Origin: Candidatus Methylomirabilis limnetica
GTDB taxonomy: Bacteria; Methylomirabilota; Methylomirabilia; Methylomirabilales; Methylomirabilaceae
Direction: 5' to 3'
DNA length: 32,000 bases
Assembly: GCF_003044035.1 (NCBI RefSeq)
Contig: NZ_NVQC01000012.1
Coordinates: 2,030-34,029, forward strand
The translations under genes and the position numbers were made by a program. The stretch's first letter is position 1; each line of letters starts with the position of its first letter. Below are positions 7,630 to 18,519 of the stretch, one piece after another. The notes beneath the pieces are model-generated. The model saw only the letters and a list, made by a program, of their open reading frames with translations. It was not told the DNA's origin and did not search any database.

Positions 7630-8418
7630 ATGAAGCTCACGGCCAACGGTATCGACATCCACTATACGATTGAGGGAGAGGGCCCGGTGGTGACCATGAG
7701 CCACGCCCTCGGGTGCAACCTCTCGATGTGGGATGAGCAGGCTCAGGCACTCAGTGGGCGCTACCGGGTACTCAGGTATGATACGCGAGGGCATGGCGGT
7801 AGCAGTGCGCCGCCCGGCCCCTATAGCCTAGAACAGATGGCTGACGACCTGCACGGGCTGCTCACCGGCCTTGGTATCACGCAAACACACTTCGTGGGAA
7901 TCTCGATGGGCGGGATGATCGGTCAGACCTTCGCGCTGAAGTACCCGATGCTACTCCAAGGCCTGATCCTCTGCTCCACCACTAGCCGCTACCCGGCGGC
8001 CATGCGATCTACCTGGGTGGAGCGGATCCGCACTGTAGAAGCGAAAGGGATGGAGCCGACGGTTGAGCCTGCACTTCAACGCTGGTTTACCCCGTCTTTC
8101 CGGGAACGCCGGCCAGATGTGATGGAGCGCGTAAGGGTCATGCTGCGGAGCACGCCTCCGCACGGGTGTATCGGCTGCTGCTACGCGATCCCGACGATAG
8201 ACCTCACCGATCGTCTCGGTGAGGTTCGCTGTCCGGCCCTCGTCATCGCAGGTGAAGACGATCCAGGGACTCCGGTTGCAATGGCGCAGGAGATCCACGT
8301 AGCCCTCCACTCCTCCGAGCTCGCCATCCTGCGCTCCGCTTCGCACCTGGGCAACCTGGAACAGCCGGAAGCGTTCAACCGTATCCTACTCGGCTTCCTT
8401 GATAAGGCGACTGAGTAA
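7630..8418 (+). CDS. pcaD: Alpha/beta hydrolase, 3-oxoadipate enol-lactonase-like
   Basis: 262 aa with nucleophile elbow GISMGGMIG, YDTRGHGGS and a C-terminal SASHLGNLEQPEAF. Shine-Dalgarno is taggagg. Confidence 0.7.
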   Translation: MKLTANGIDIHYTIEGEGPVVTMSHALGCNLSMWDEQAQALSGRYRVLRYDTRGHGGSSAPPGPYSLEQMADDLHGLLTGLGITQTHFVGISMGGMIGQTFALKYPMLLQGLILCSTTSRYPAAMRSTWVERIRTVEAKGMEPTVEPALQRWFTPSFRERRPDVMERVRVMLRSTPPHGCIGCCYAIPTIDLTDRLGEVRCPALVIAGEDDPGTPVAMAQEIHVALHSSELAILRSASHLGNLEQPEAFNRILLGFLDKATE

Positions 8419-8494
8419 CGGAAGGTCCCGCCTGTCAGCTTCGTGAGGAGCACCGATACTCCTCTTTGCCCTGCCTGAACGAGGCCCTATAAAA

Positions 8495-8533
8495 AACAAG
8501 AAGGAGGTCCCGCATCAGGACCTCCTTCTTGTT
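8495..8533 (-). terminator. Intrinsic terminator of the first 95-aa gene
   Basis: Perfect 16-bp stem aacaagaaggaggtcc / ggacctccttcttgtt with a 7-nt loop, followed on the - strand by TTTTTTAT. Confidence 0.8.
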
Positions 8534-8557
8534 AAGAACCGCCGTAGCGCCTGAGTC

Positions 8558-8845
8558 TTACTCGATTATCTCGAGGACCCGACTCGTGACATTAGTGGCA
8601 ATCTGCATGAGCTCACTGCGAAGCGCCTTGCGCTCATCAAGGACCAATATTTTATCGAGGTTGCCGAAGTTGCCTATCTCAATCGTAATGATTCGCTCCA
8701 CCGAAGCAGCCAAGTGGTCCCCGAAGATGTGAAACCTCGAAACCCCTGGCTGAGCAAGCCAGAACTTCTTCATCTTATCACGCAAGAAGTTATCCAACTC
8801 CTCTTCTCGCTTTGGGTCAACTTCACACAAGATGTGATAAACCAT
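8558..8845 (-). CDS. Hypothetical 95-aa protein, paralog 1 (beta-alpha-beta pattern, ferredoxin-like / dimeric alpha-beta barrel guess)
   Basis: The ORF has a strong Shine-Dalgarno (aaggagagg), its own terminator, and an intact paralog 558 bp away. Confidence 0.8.
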   Translation of the reverse strand: MVYHILCEVDPKREEELDNFLRDKMKKFWLAQPGVSRFHIFGDHLAASVERIITIEIGNFGNLDKILVLDERKALRSELMQIATNVTSRVLEIIE

Positions 8846-8952
8846 TGTACCTCTCCTTTCACACCAGATTAAAGTTGCGACAGCCTGCTCATCATCCTCG
8901 CGCGCTCAGCCCCTGAAAAGGCCCAACAAAAACACAAAACCTTTGCGGAGGT

Positions 8953-8997
8953 ACAATTGCACGAAGGACAGCTTGTTGTCAACCAAATTACGGTTGG
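8953..8997 (-). promoter_or_regulatory. Candidate sigma70 promoter plus palindromic operator for paralog 1
   Basis: The - strand reads ccaaccgtaatttggTTGACA-18 nt-AATTGT, with TG just upstream of the -10. The palindrome CCAACC-N6-GGTTGG overlaps the -35. The arrangement is conserved at 9513-9557. Confidence 0.4.
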
Positions 8998-9052
8998 CTT
9001 GTCTTGTCAGACCCCTCTCATGATTCCTATCGTCGCCTGAACGAGGACCTAA

Positions 9053-9091
9053 AACAAGAAGGAGGTCCCGCATCAGGACCTCCTTCTTGTT
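9053..9091 (-). terminator. Intrinsic terminator of the second 95-aa gene
   Basis: The same 16-bp stem as 8495-8533, followed on the - strand by TTTT. Confidence 0.75.
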
Positions 9092-9115
9092 AAGAGCCGC
9101 CGTAGCGCCTGAGTC

Positions 9116-9403
9116 TTACTCGATTATCTCGAGGACCCGACTCGTGACATTAGTTGCGATCTGCATGAGCTCACTGCGAAGCGCCTTGCGCTCATCAAGG
9201 ATCAAAATCTTATCGAAGTTACCGAAGTCGCCTATCTCAATCGTAATGATTCGCTCCACCTTATTAGCCAAGTGGTCCCCGAAGACGTGAAACCTCGAAA
9301 CCCCTGGCTGAGCAAGCCAGAACTTCTTCATCTTATCACGCAAGAAGTTATCCAACTCCTCTTCTCGCTTTGGGTCAACTTCACACAAGATGTGATAAAC
9401 CAT
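9116..9403 (-). CDS. Hypothetical 95-aa protein, paralog 2
   Basis: Starts at the internal ATG (MVYHILCEV...) with the same Shine-Dalgarno as paralog 1. It has 6 aa differences, clustered in residues 40-67. Confidence 0.8.
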   Translation of the reverse strand: MVYHILCEVDPKREEELDNFLRDKMKKFWLAQPGVSRFHVFGDHLANKVERIITIEIGDFGNFDKILILDERKALRSELMQIATNVTSRVLEIIE

Positions 9404-9512
9404 TGTACCTCTCCTTTCACACCAGATTAAAGTTGCGACAGCCTGCTCATCACCCCCACGCGCTCGACCTCTGAAACGGCCCAACGGAAGCACAAGACCC
9501 TTTTGTGCGGGT

Positions 9513-9557
9513 AGAATTGCACTAAGGGCGACTTGTTGTCAACCAAATTACGGTTGG
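9513..9557 (-). promoter_or_regulatory. Candidate promoter/operator for paralog 2
   Basis: Duplicate of 8953-8997: TTGACA, an 18-nt spacer, AATTCT, and the same CCAACC/GGTTGG palindrome. Confidence 0.35.
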
Positions 9558-9795
9558 CCTGTCTTCTCACGTTGTTCATCGGTTCCCTTAGGAGGCGTCA
9601 AAAATCAACATTTACATCCACCAAAGCAACAAACCCCCTTGTATCCCCCTTTTGTAAAGGGGGAAGTTGCTGGAGAGGTTGTGCGAGATTGCAATCTAGT
9701 TAATGCTCCCCGTAATATATTGTCGCCTTTCATCTCAAGATGTAAGGCAGGCTCATGAGCGAGGTCTCTCACGCCGAGTTGTCGCGACTTTCCGC

Positions 9796-9824
9796 TTGAC
9801 AGCGGGATCGAAGAACGGTATCAC
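9796..9824 (+). promoter_or_regulatory. Candidate sigma70 promoter upstream of gltB
   Basis: TTGACA (9796-9801), a 17-nt spacer, TATCAC (9819-9824). Confidence 0.35.
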
Positions 9825-10022
9825 ACTATGCCTAATCTGTGTGGGGCATCTCCGCCGTCGGCCTTGCCCTTCACCTTCCAGGGCCCGCGAGGGAGGGGCT
9901 TTTCCTATTGCTTAGCGTGGCTGTGTGTAGCTGTTTTTCACGTGACGTATCACACGGTTTCGGCTATATTCAATGATAATTATCACTGATCGACTACTTC
10001 GAAAAGGTAGAAGGAGAACTGT

Positions 10023-13000
10023 GTGACTGACCAGACGGATTCGGTGTCTGTGAACCATTACGGTGTCCCACCTAAACAGGGCCTTTATGACCCAGCCTAC
10101 GAACATGACGCCTGCGGCGTCGGCTTCGTGGTAGACATCAAGGGTCGTAAGTCCCACGCCATCATCCAGCAGTCGCTGACGATCCTGAAGAACCTGCTTC
10201 ATCGTGGCGCGTGCGGCTGCGAGCCGAACACGGGCGATGGGGCAGGCATCCTCATTCAGATGCCCCACGCCTTTCTCGCCCGCGAGTGCGCCAAGATAGG
10301 GATCACCCTGCCTGCGCCGAAGCAGTACGGCGCCGGGCTAGTCTTCCTGCCCACTGACCCTTCGCAGTCCGCAAAATGCCAGGCGATCTTCGAGGAGCTG
10401 ATACTGGAAGAGGGGCAGACGCTCCTGGGGTGGCGGGACGTACCGACCGACGACTCGTCGATCGGCCCCAGCGCCAAGGCCGCCGAGCCGATCTTCAAGC
10501 AGATCTTCATCGGCCGCAATCCCTCCATCAAGGACGACCTGGCGTTCGAGCGGAAGCTCTACGTGATCCGCAAGCAGGTCGAGCATGTGGTCTACGGCTC
10601 GGCCCTGCCGCAGCGGAAGCTCTTCTATGTACCAAGCCTCTCCTCAAATACGCTGATCTACAAGGGGATGCTTTCGGCGGATCAGATCGAGACGATCTTC
10701 CCGGACATCATGGACCCGGCCGTCGAATCGGCGCTGGCGCTGGTTCACCAGCGCTTCTCGACCAATACCTTCCCCTCCTGGCCGCTGGCCCACCCGTATC
10801 GATATGTGGCGCATAATGGCGAAATCAACACGCTGCGTGGCAACATCAACTGGATGCGCGCCCGCGAGGCGCTGTGCGAGTCAGAGCTACTGCCGGACCT
10901 CAAGAGGATCTTTCCGATCGTGCTGGAGGGTGGGAGCGACTCGGCGATCTTCGACAACGTCCTGGAGTTCCTCGTGATGGCCGGGCGTCCCCTGCCACAC
11001 GCCGTCCTTATGATGATCCCGGAGGCCTGGAGCGGTCACGAAGCAATGGACGAAGAGCGCAAGGCCTTCTACGAGTACCATAGCTGCCTGATGGAGCCAT
11101 GGGACGGGCCGGCCTCGATTGCCTTTACCGACGGGACGGTGATCGGGGCGGTACTGGACCGGAATGGACTGCGCCCGTCGCGCTACTACGTCACGAAGGA
11201 CGGCCTGGTCGTCATGGCCTCCGAGGTGGGGGTGCTGGACATCCCGCCCGAGAATGTGCTGATTAAGGAGCGCCTGCACCCCGGACGGATCTTTCTGGTG
11301 GACACCGCCCAGGGGAGGATCGTCGACGATACCGAGTTGAAGCGCGCCGTTGCCACCGAGCACCCGTATCGGGAGTGGCTTGAGGCGAACCTGGTCCCGC
11401 TGGAGGAGCTGCCGGCGCCCTCGCACGTCCATGAGCCGGATCACGAGACCGTACTGCAGCGACAGCAACTCTTCGGCTACACCCACGAAGACCTGCGCAT
11501 CCTGATTGGACCAATGGCCTTGAAGGGTGAGGAGCCGGTCGGCTCTATGGGGACCGACACGCCGCTCGCCGTCCTCTCCAACCGTCCGCGTCTGCTCTAT
11601 GATTATTTCCAGCAACTCTTTGCCCAGGTGACCAACCCTCCGCTGGACGCGATCAGGGAGGAGCTGGTGACTCAGATGGCGACGACTATCGGTCCGGAAC
11701 AGAACCTGCTCAAGCCGGAGCCTGAAAGCTGCCGGCAGCTCAAATTGAAGACGCCGGTCCTGGACAATGAGGAGTTGGCGCGGATCCGCTATATGGATCT
11801 ACCCGGCTTCAGGTCGATCACGCTGCCGATGCTGTTCCCGGTGAACGAAGGTGGCAAGGGCCTCCAGCAGGCGCTGGAGGAGCTGTACCATAAAGCGAGC
11901 CAGGCTATTGCCGATGGCTACACCTTCCTCATCCTGTCCGATCGGGGTGTATGTAAGGAGTTGGCCCCGATCCCGGCCCTCCTCGCTACCGCCGGCGTCC
12001 ATCATTATCTGGTCCGGGAGGGAACCCGAACGCGGGTTGGGCTGGTGATCGAGAGCGGCGAGGCGCGCGAGGTCCACCATGCGGCACTGCTCATCGGGTA
12101 CGGCGCGGGCGCTATCAACCCATACCTGGCCTTCGAGACCATCGATGACATGATCCGCGATGGGCTGCTGCCGGGGATAGATCACAAGAAGGCCGTCAAG
12201 CACTACATCAAGGCGCTCAACAAAGGTGTCCTGAAGGTGATCTCCAAGATGGGGATCTCCACGATCCAATCCTACCGTGGCGCCCAGATCTTCGAGGCGA
12301 TCGGGCTGGATAAGGCGTTCGTGGATCGGTGCTTCACCTGGACCGCATCCAGAATCGGCGGCATCGGAATCGACGGGGTTGCCGAAGAGGTGATCCTCCG
12401 CCATCGCAAAGCCTTCCCCGACCGACCCGTCGGCCAGGCTGACCTTGAGTGGGGCGGTGAATACCAGTGGCGGCGAGACGGCGAGTACCATATCCTTAAC
12501 CCTGATACGGTCTTCAAGCTGCAGCACTCCACACGAACCGGCCAGTATACCGTATTCAAGGAGTACACAGAGCTGGTGAACAACCATAGCCAGAGTCTGT
12601 GTACCCTCCGGGGGCTGTTCGAGGTCAAACGTGCTGAGCAGCCGATCCCGATCGAGGAGGTTGAGCCCGTCGAGTCGATCCTCAAGCGCTTCGCTACCGG
12701 AGCCATGTCGTACGGCTCGATCAGCCAGGAGGCCCACGAGACACTGGCCATTGCCATGAATCGGTTGGGCGCCAGGTCGAATACCGGAGAGGGGGGCGAG
12801 GATCCGGCCCGCTTCACGCCGGACCCCAACGGCGACTCGCGCCGTAGCGCCATCAAGCAAGTGGCCTCCGGCCGCTTCGGAGTCACCAGCGAATACCTGG
12901 TCAATGCTACCGACCTGCAGATCAAGATGGCGCAGGGCTCTAAGCCTGGTGAGGGCGGCCAGCTCCCCGGGACAAAAGTCTACCCCTGGATCGCCAAGGT

Positions 13001-14612
13001 GCGGAATTCGACTCCTGGCGTAGGCCTTATCTCGCCGCCGCCGCACCACGACATCTACTCTATCGAAGACATCAAGCAGCTCATCCATGACTTGAAGAAT
13101 AGTAATCCAAGTGCGCGTATTCACGTCAAACTTGTCGCTGAAGTAGGGGTCGGGACGATCGCGGCTGGGGTCGCCAAGGCCTTCTCTGATGTGGTCCTGA
13201 TCTCCGGCCACGATGGCGGTACCGGCGCCTCCTCGCTAAGCTCCATCAAGCACGCCGGCCTGCCATGGGAGCTGGGGCTTGCCGAGACCCAGCAGGTGCT
13301 GGTGATGAACAAGCTCCGGGATCGGATCAGCGTCCAGGTCGATGGTCAGATGAAGACAGGGCGCGACGTCGTCATCGCCGCGCTGCTGGGCGCCGAGGAG
13401 TATGGTTTCTCTACGGCGCCGCTGGTCGTATCGGGCTGCATCATGATGCGCGTCTGCCATCTGAACACCTGCCCGGTTGGGGTCGCCACTCAGGATCCCG
13501 AGCTCAGGAAGAACTTCTCCGGCAAGCCCGAGTATGTCGAAACCTTCTTCCGCTTCATCGCTGCCGAGGTGCGCGAGCTGATGGCGGAGCTTGGCTTCCG
13601 CACGATGGATGAGATGATCGGCCGCGTAGATAAGCTCGACATGAAGAAGGCCGTAGAGCACTGGAAGGCCAAGGGTCTGGACTACTCGTCGATCCTCTAT
13701 CGCCCGGAGGTCGGGCCGGAGGTGGCCATCCGTAAGGTGCGAGAGCAGGACCATGGCCTGGAGCAGTCGCTGGACATGACCACCATCGTCCCACTCTGCC
13801 GGCCCGCGCTAGAGCGGCGTGAGCCGGTGGGCCTGCGCCTATCGATCAGGAACGTGAATCGCACGGTCGGCACCATTCTGGGTTCCATGGTGACCAGCCG
13901 CTACGGAGGCGACGGCCTGCCGGAGGATACGATCCGGATCCACTTCGCAGGGTCGGCCGGGCAAAGCTTCGGCGCCTTCATACCCCAAGGGATCACGCTG
14001 GCCCTGGAGGGCGATAGTAACGACTTTCTTGGCAAGGGGCTGTCTGGCGGAAAGATCATCGTCTTCCCACCCCGTCAGGCGACGTTCGTCCCCGAAGAGA
14101 ATATCCTGGTCGGCAACGTGGTGCTATACGGCGCAACGAAGGGTGCGGCCTATCTCCGAGGAGTTGCCGGCGAGCGGTTCGCGGTGCGCAACAGCGGCGC
14201 CCATGCGGTGGTGGAGGGTATCGGAGACCACGGCTGCGAGTACATGACGGGCGGCCGCGTCGTCGTAATCGGTCGCACCGGACGCAACTTCGCCGCAGGG
14301 ATGTCCGGCGGAATAGCCTACGTCCTGGACGAAGCCGGCGACTTCAAGGCCCGGTGCAATCTTAGTATGGTCGATCTGGAAGCCTTAGATGCCGAGGAGG
14401 AGATTGAGGAGGTCAAGGCAATGTTGCGGCGCCACCTCCACTACACCGGCAGCACTGTGGCCGAGCGGATCCTTGGGAGCTGGCAGACGATGGAAGCGAA
14501 GTTCGTTAAGGTGATACCAAAAGACTACAAACGGGCGATGATGGCGATGAAACGCGCTGAGAGCGAAGGGATCCCCTGGGAGGAGGCGGTGATGATGGGC
14601 GCCCATGGGTAA
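10023..14612 (+). CDS. gltB: Glutamate synthase large subunit
   Basis: 1529 aa. It has the N-terminal amidotransferase Cys (EHDACGVGF), FMN and Fe-S regions, and the C-terminal GXGXG beta-helix repeats. GTG start 5 nt after GAAGGAGA. Confidence 0.97.
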   Translation: MTDQTDSVSVNHYGVPPKQGLYDPAYEHDACGVGFVVDIKGRKSHAIIQQSLTILKNLLHRGACGCEPNTGDGAGILIQMPHAFLARECAKIGITLPAPKQYGAGLVFLPTDPSQSAKCQAIFEELILEEGQTLLGWRDVPTDDSSIGPSAKAAEPIFKQIFIGRNPSIKDDLAFERKLYVIRKQVEHVVYGSALPQRKLFYVPSLSSNTLIYKGMLSADQIETIFPDIMDPAVESALALVHQRFSTNTFPSWPLAHPYRYVAHNGEINTLRGNINWMRAREALCESELLPDLKRIFPIVLEGGSDSAIFDNVLEFLVMAGRPLPHAVLMMIPEAWSGHEAMDEERKAFYEYHSCLMEPWDGPASIAFTDGTVIGAVLDRNGLRPSRYYVTKDGLVVMASEVGVLDIPPENVLIKERLHPGRIFLVDTAQGRIVDDTELKRAVATEHPYREWLEANLVPLEELPAPSHVHEPDHETVLQRQQLFGYTHEDLRILIGPMALKGEEPVGSMGTDTPLAVLSNRPRLLYDYFQQLFAQVTNPPLDAIREELVTQMATTIGPEQNLLKPEPESCRQLKLKTPVLDNEELARIRYMDLPGFRSITLPMLFPVNEGGKGLQQALEELYHKASQAIADGYTFLILSDRGVCKELAPIPALLATAGVHHYLVREGTRTRVGLVIESGEAREVHHAALLIGYGAGAINPYLAFETIDDMIRDGLLPGIDHKKAVKHYIKALNKGVLKVISKMGISTIQSYRGAQIFEAIGLDKAFVDRCFTWTASRIGGIGIDGVAEEVILRHRKAFPDRPVGQADLEWGGEYQWRRDGEYHILNPDTVFKLQHSTRTGQYTVFKEYTELVNNHSQSLCTLRGLFEVKRAEQPIPIEEVEPVESILKRFATGAMSYGSISQEAHETLAIAMNRLGARSNTGEGGEDPARFTPDPNGDSRRSAIKQVASGRFGVTSEYLVNATDLQIKMAQGSKPGEGGQLPGTKVYPWIAKVRNSTPGVGLISPPPHHDIYSIEDIKQLIHDLKNSNPSARIHVKLVAEVGVGTIAAGVAKAFSDVVLISGHDGGTGASSLSSIKHAGLPWELGLAETQQVLVMNKLRDRISVQVDGQMKTGRDVVIAALLGAEEYGFSTAPLVVSGCIMMRVCHLNTCPVGVATQDPELRKNFSGKPEYVETFFRFIAAEVRELMAELGFRTMDEMIGRVDKLDMKKAVEHWKAKGLDYSSILYRPEVGPEVAIRKVREQDHGLEQSLDMTTIVPLCRPALERREPVGLRLSIRNVNRTVGTILGSMVTSRYGGDGLPEDTIRIHFAGSAGQSFGAFIPQGITLALEGDSNDFLGKGLSGGKIIVFPPRQATFVPEENILVGNVVLYGATKGAAYLRGVAGERFAVRNSGAHAVVEGIGDHGCEYMTGGRVVVIGRTGRNFAAGMSGGIAYVLDEAGDFKARCNLSMVDLEALDAEEEIEEVKAMLRRHLHYTGSTVAERILGSWQTMEAKFVKVIPKDYKRAMMAMKRAESEGIPWEEAVMMGAHG

Positions 14613-16050
14613 GCCGACCGGTTTCATCGAGTTCAAGCGCGAGAAGCAGCCATACCGGCCCGTCGAGGAACGGGTCCAAGACTGGCAGCAGGTGATGCTG
14701 CCGTGGCCGGTAGAGGTACTGAGGCGGCAGGGGGCGCGCTGCATGGACTGCGGCATCCCGTTCTGCCACCAGGGCTGCCCGCTGGGCAATATCATCCCAG
14801 ACTGGAACGACCTGGTCTACCGCGATCGGTGGCGGGACGCCATAGAGCGCCTGCACGCCACCAACAACTTCCCGGAATTTACCGGGACCGCCTGCCCGGC
14901 GCCCTGCGAGGGATCGTGCGTCCTCGGGATCAACAACGATCCGGTCACGATCAAGGCGATTGAGCTGGCCATCATCGATCACGCCTTCGAGGCGGGATGG
15001 ATTATACCGGAGCCTCCCGCCGTACGCAGCGGGAAAAAGGTCGCAGTGGTGGGCTCTGGCCCTGCCGGGCTCGCGGCGGCCCAGCAACTCAATCGTGCCG
15101 GTCACTGGGTCACGGTCTTCGAGCGGGCCGACAGGATCGGTGGTCTCCTACGCTACGGGATTCCGGAGTTCAAACTCGAGAAGCGGGTACTGGACCGGCG
15201 GCTTGACGTGATGGCAAAGGAGGAGATTCAGTTCCGCGTCAATGCGAACATCGGGGTGAATGTGGCGGTCGAGGAGCTTCGGCGCGAGTTCGATGCTATC
15301 CTGCTCGCTGGGGGAGCTACCACGCCGCGAGACCTCGCGCTCCCGGGACGCGAACTGCGCGGGATCCACTTCGCCATGGAGTACCTGACCCTCCAGAACC
15401 GGCGCTGCGAGGGCGAGTTAATTCCTGATGAGACGTTCATCACCGCCAATGGGAAGCGAGTGGTCATTATCGGCGGTGGCGACACCGGCGCTGACTGCCT
15501 GGGAACCGCACACCGTCATGGGGCACTCTCCGTCCATCAGTTCGAGTTGCTCCCCCAGCCACCGGATACCCGCGCGCCTGATAATCCCTGGCCCCAGTGG
15601 CCGGTCATCTTCCGCACCTCTTCCGCGCACCAGGAGGGCGGCATCCGTGAATACGCGGTCTCTACCGCTAGCTTTTCCGGAGAGAACGGCCAGGTCAAGA
15701 AGCTGCACGCGCACCGGGTCGAGACGGCTACCGAAAACGGCCGGATGGCCTTCAGACCGATTCCGGGCACCGAGTTCGAGCTGGAAGTCGACATGGTCCT
15801 GCTCGCCATGGGCTTTCTGGGTCCGGAGCGCAACGGACTACTTAGCGACCTCGGCGTAAGGCTTACCGATCGCGGCAACGTCTGGCGCGACGGGAACTGG
15901 ATGACCAGTGTGCCCGGCGTATTCACCGCAGGCGACATGCAGCGCGGCCAATCGCTGATCGTCTGGGCCATCGCCGAGGGCCGGAGCGCCGCCCGCGGCA
16001 TCGATCACTACCTCATGGGTCACTCCGCCCTCCCTGCTCCCATCCCCTAA
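14605..16050 (+). CDS. gltD: Glutamate synthase small subunit (NADPH)
   Basis: 481 aa with Cys clusters CMDCGIPFC and [10 protein letters not shown] and dinucleotide folds [14 protein letters not shown] and [13 protein letters not shown]. It overlaps the gltB stop. Confidence 0.95.
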   Translation: MGKPTGFIEFKREKQPYRPVEERVQDWQQVMLPWPVEVLRRQGARCMDCGIPFCHQGCPLGNIIPDWNDLVYRDRWRDAIERLHATNNFPEFTGTACPAPCEGSCVLGINNDPVTIKAIELAIIDHAFEAGWIIPEPPAVRSGKKVAVVGSGPAGLAAAQQLNRAGHWVTVFERADRIGGLLRYGIPEFKLEKRVLDRRLDVMAKEEIQFRVNANIGVNVAVEELRREFDAILLAGGATTPRDLALPGRELRGIHFAMEYLTLQNRRCEGELIPDETFITANGKRVVIIGGGDTGADCLGTAHRHGALSVHQFELLPQPPDTRAPDNPWPQWPVIFRTSSAHQEGGIREYAVSTASFSGENGQVKKLHAHRVETATENGRMAFRPIPGTEFELEVDMVLLAMGFLGPERNGLLSDLGVRLTDRGNVWRDGNWMTSVPGVFTAGDMQRGQSLIVWAIAEGRSAARGIDHYLMGHSALPAPIP

Positions 16051-16342
16051 ATTCACAAAAGACGCACTCCATTCGTACTGAGGAGGTCCTGCCTGTGAGG
16101 GCTGTGACTGCTGCGGAGCTTCCTGGCAGGAAAAGCACGCGGCAACCCGATGGGCTTCTGGTCTATTCATACATAGAGCGTCACTACTCGGGTGTTCAGG
16201 CTGTAGGCTGTTAGTCGTTGCGCATGGACCGAATCAAGGCGCACTTCATCGGCCAGTTCAAACGCTCTGAGCTTGGTATGGTCTCGGAGGGCGCGTTCCT
16301 ACAGTCTAAAAGCCTACAGTCTATCTGCCTGAGTAGTTACAT

Positions 16343-18289
16343 CTACACATTGCTTGGTGGCAGGCAGTCTGGCTCAAGATCGGTTGCCCCGCCCTGCTGG
16401 GTGAGCACGAAACCCTGCACGAGGGCGTGTTTGATCTGCGCCACCGTGTAGGGCTTGGTCAGAACCACGTCCACACCCGATTCCTCAAGCTGGGCCTGCT
16501 CCAACACATTGCCCCAGCCGGTGACCAGGATCACGGGAAGCTGGGGACAGCGAACCTTGACCGCCTGGGCGACCTCCCACCCTGACATCCCCGGCATCCC
16601 AAGGTCAGTCATGACCATGTCGAAGCGCGTTGTCGCGAGGCGCGTGAGGCCCTCCTCGCCGCTCGTCACGGTGGCCACCGTGTGGCCCAGGACTGGCGGC
16701 GTATCGGCCAGTGCTGTCTGGACTGTGATCCGCACCCCTGCTGCCTCTGCCTGGTTCTTCCAGCGGGGTTGAGTGATCGCGATGACCTGCTCGACGATCT
16801 CGCCGAGCGACACCGGTCCGAACGCCTTCGTGTCCCTCGGGCGGGTCGCCCTGCGGATCTTCCGAACCGTCTCAGCCGCGTCGGCGATGGCCTGCTCTTG
16901 CCGCGCGAGGCTCCCCAGGAGGCGAGCGCCTCCCACCACACCCTGCAGGGCAGCCGCCACCGGCCCCCGCTCGAGGGTGAGCCGCATGAGCTGTGCTTGT
17001 CCCAGGATCTTCATCAGCCCATTATTGAGGTCGTGGGCGACCCCAGCCGCCATCTGGCCCATCGCGCGCAACCGTTCCGTCTCGACGAGGTGGGCCTGCA
17101 TCCGCTCCAACTCCTCGACCTTCTCTGCAAGCTGGATCGCGGTCACGCGCTGTGCCTCCTCCGCCTGCTTGCGCACGGTGATGTCGGTGAAAACCGCGAC
17201 ACTACCAGTATAATCTCCATTTTCGTCGAACATTGGACAGGGCGCAACAATCGTGTTGACCTTCCCGCCATCCTTACGACGCCAGACAATCTCATAACTC
17301 TTCCGAACACCGGAGCGACGACCCGCCATCTGATCTCGGAGCAGCTTCTGGTTTTCTTCGTCAAAAACAATGGAGGTCGATTTGCCGATCAACTCCTCCA
17401 ATTCGTAACCCAGCATCTTACAAGCCCGTGGGTTCATGAAAGTAATCAAACCGTTCTTATCCTGGACGCCCAACCCTTCGCTCATGGTGTCCACCAACAT
17501 GCGGTATTTGGCCTCGCTCTCCCGCAGCGCCTCCTCCGCCTGTTTACGTTCGGTGATATCCATGGAGATGCCGCCCAGAGCAAGGCTACCGTCCGTCTGG
17601 CGAATGGGAAACTTTGATGAGAGATAGGTGTGCTTCTGCCCGCTCTCGATAATCGTTTCTTCCTCCATGTGCGGGCTCTTGCTGGCCAGAACCGCTTCAT
17701 CAACCACCCGGATTTTCTCTGCTCCCGGTAGAGGAACAAGTTGCTCGAATGTTTTGCCCAGCCAGCCCTCGCGGCCGACGCCAAAGAGTTGCTCCAGGGC
17801 TTTATTCACAAACGTATGCCGGCCCTGCCCATCCTTCATGTAGGCGAAGCCGGGGAGATGCTCCATGAAGGCTGCAAAGTTGGTCCTGCTCTCAAGGAGC
17901 TCCTCCGCCATCCGCTTGTACTCGGTGATGTCGCTCACTACGAGGTGGCACAAGGGTGACCCATCGTCGTTTTGAGCGGAGGCGGCCACCAGATGCGCCC
18001 AGAATTGCGTACCGTCTATTTTCCGCATCCGCAGATCGTAAACCTGTGGTATGCCAGTTTCAAGGAGTTGTACGGCGTGTTGGGAGTAGATATTCTGGTC
18101 TTCGGGAAAAATGAACCGGCTGATGGGTTGCTTCACCAAATCGTCCCGGGGTATGCCCATCAGGGCCGCAGCCGTGAGGTTGGTGGCCAGGACCAGCCCC
18201 TGTTCGTTCAGGGAAACATACCCCACCGAGGCCAGATCGTAGAAGTCGAAATAACTCGCCAAGGCGGTCGAGATATTTTTGTCGCTCAA
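16343..18289 (-). CDS. Multi-PAS sensor protein with a HisKA H-box and a partial receiver domain, lacking the HATPase_c domain
   Basis: Three PAS-like repeats, H-box AAGVAHDLNNGL, then ...ADTPPVLG joined directly to HTVATVTSGEEGLTRLATTRFDMVMTDLGMPGMSG (middle of a receiver domain). Confidence 0.85.
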   Translation of the reverse strand: MSDKNISTALASYFDFYDLASVGYVSLNEQGLVLATNLTAAALMGIPRDDLVKQPISRFIFPEDQNIYSQHAVQLLETGIPQVYDLRMRKIDGTQFWAHLVAASAQNDDGSPLCHLVVSDITEYKRMAEELLESRTNFAAFMEHLPGFAYMKDGQGRHTFVNKALEQLFGVGREGWLGKTFEQLVPLPGAEKIRVVDEAVLASKSPHMEEETIIESGQKHTYLSSKFPIRQTDGSLALGGISMDITERKQAEEALRESEAKYRMLVDTMSEGLGVQDKNGLITFMNPRACKMLGYELEELIGKSTSIVFDEENQKLLRDQMAGRRSGVRKSYEIVWRRKDGGKVNTIVAPCPMFDENGDYTGSVAVFTDITVRKQAEEAQRVTAIQLAEKVEELERMQAHLVETERLRAMGQMAAGVAHDLNNGLMKILGQAQLMRLTLERGPVAAALQGVVGGARLLGSLARQEQAIADAAETVRKIRRATRPRDTKAFGPVSLGEIVEQVIAITQPRWKNQAEAAGVRITVQTALADTPPVLGHTVATVTSGEEGLTRLATTRFDMVMTDLGMPGMSGWEVAQAVKVRCPQLPVILVTGWGNVLEQAQLEESGVDVVLTKPYTVAQIKHALVQGFVLTQQGGATDLEPDCLPPSNV

Positions 18290-18402
18290 GCTAAAACTCC
18301 CCCCTCATCCTCACCCAAGGAGCACACAGGGTGATCCCTGGAATAAGGCTCACGGGTATTGCCCCGATCTTCTAAACAAATTAGGTCCTTCCGGAATTCG
18401 CA

Positions 18403-18519
18403 TGGGTAGAGATCGAGTCCCACACAATGCAAAGGGATAGCCGTCTTGAAGTGACTCTTGTGTCGGAATCCATAGACAACTGGCTTGATCGTCTGAATCT
18501 TCGCGTTGAGCCCCGGTGT
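18403..18519 (-). pseudogene. C-terminal remnant of an ISL3-family transposase
   Basis: My own translation, TPGLNAKIQTIKPVVYGFRHKSHFKTAIPLHCVGLDLYP, resembles the ISL3 C-terminus (EG.NNKIK.IKR.AYGFR....F...I). Confidence 0.45.

Noticed and set aside
9974-9985. Fur box upstream of gltB (TGATAATTATCA)
   Set aside because: It resembles Fur half-sites but is a 6-0-6 palindrome, 3 nt shorter than the 7-1-7 consensus. I kept it only as an unassigned palindrome.
11799-13211. 470-aa antisense ORF inside gltB, and similar long antisense ORFs such as 16682-17617, 10887-11615 and 29898-30650
   Set aside because: These are shadow ORFs, typical of high-GC coding regions. They lie opposite confidently identified genes, are Arg/Gly/Pro-rich and have no motifs.
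16167-16325. Possible four-helix-bundle (23S IVS-type) protein fragment (RDHTKLRAFELADEV...) flanked by inverted ctgtaggct / agcctacag repeats
   Set aside because: The similarity is short and generic, and there is no start codon (TAG lies immediately upstream). I cannot support it without a profile search.
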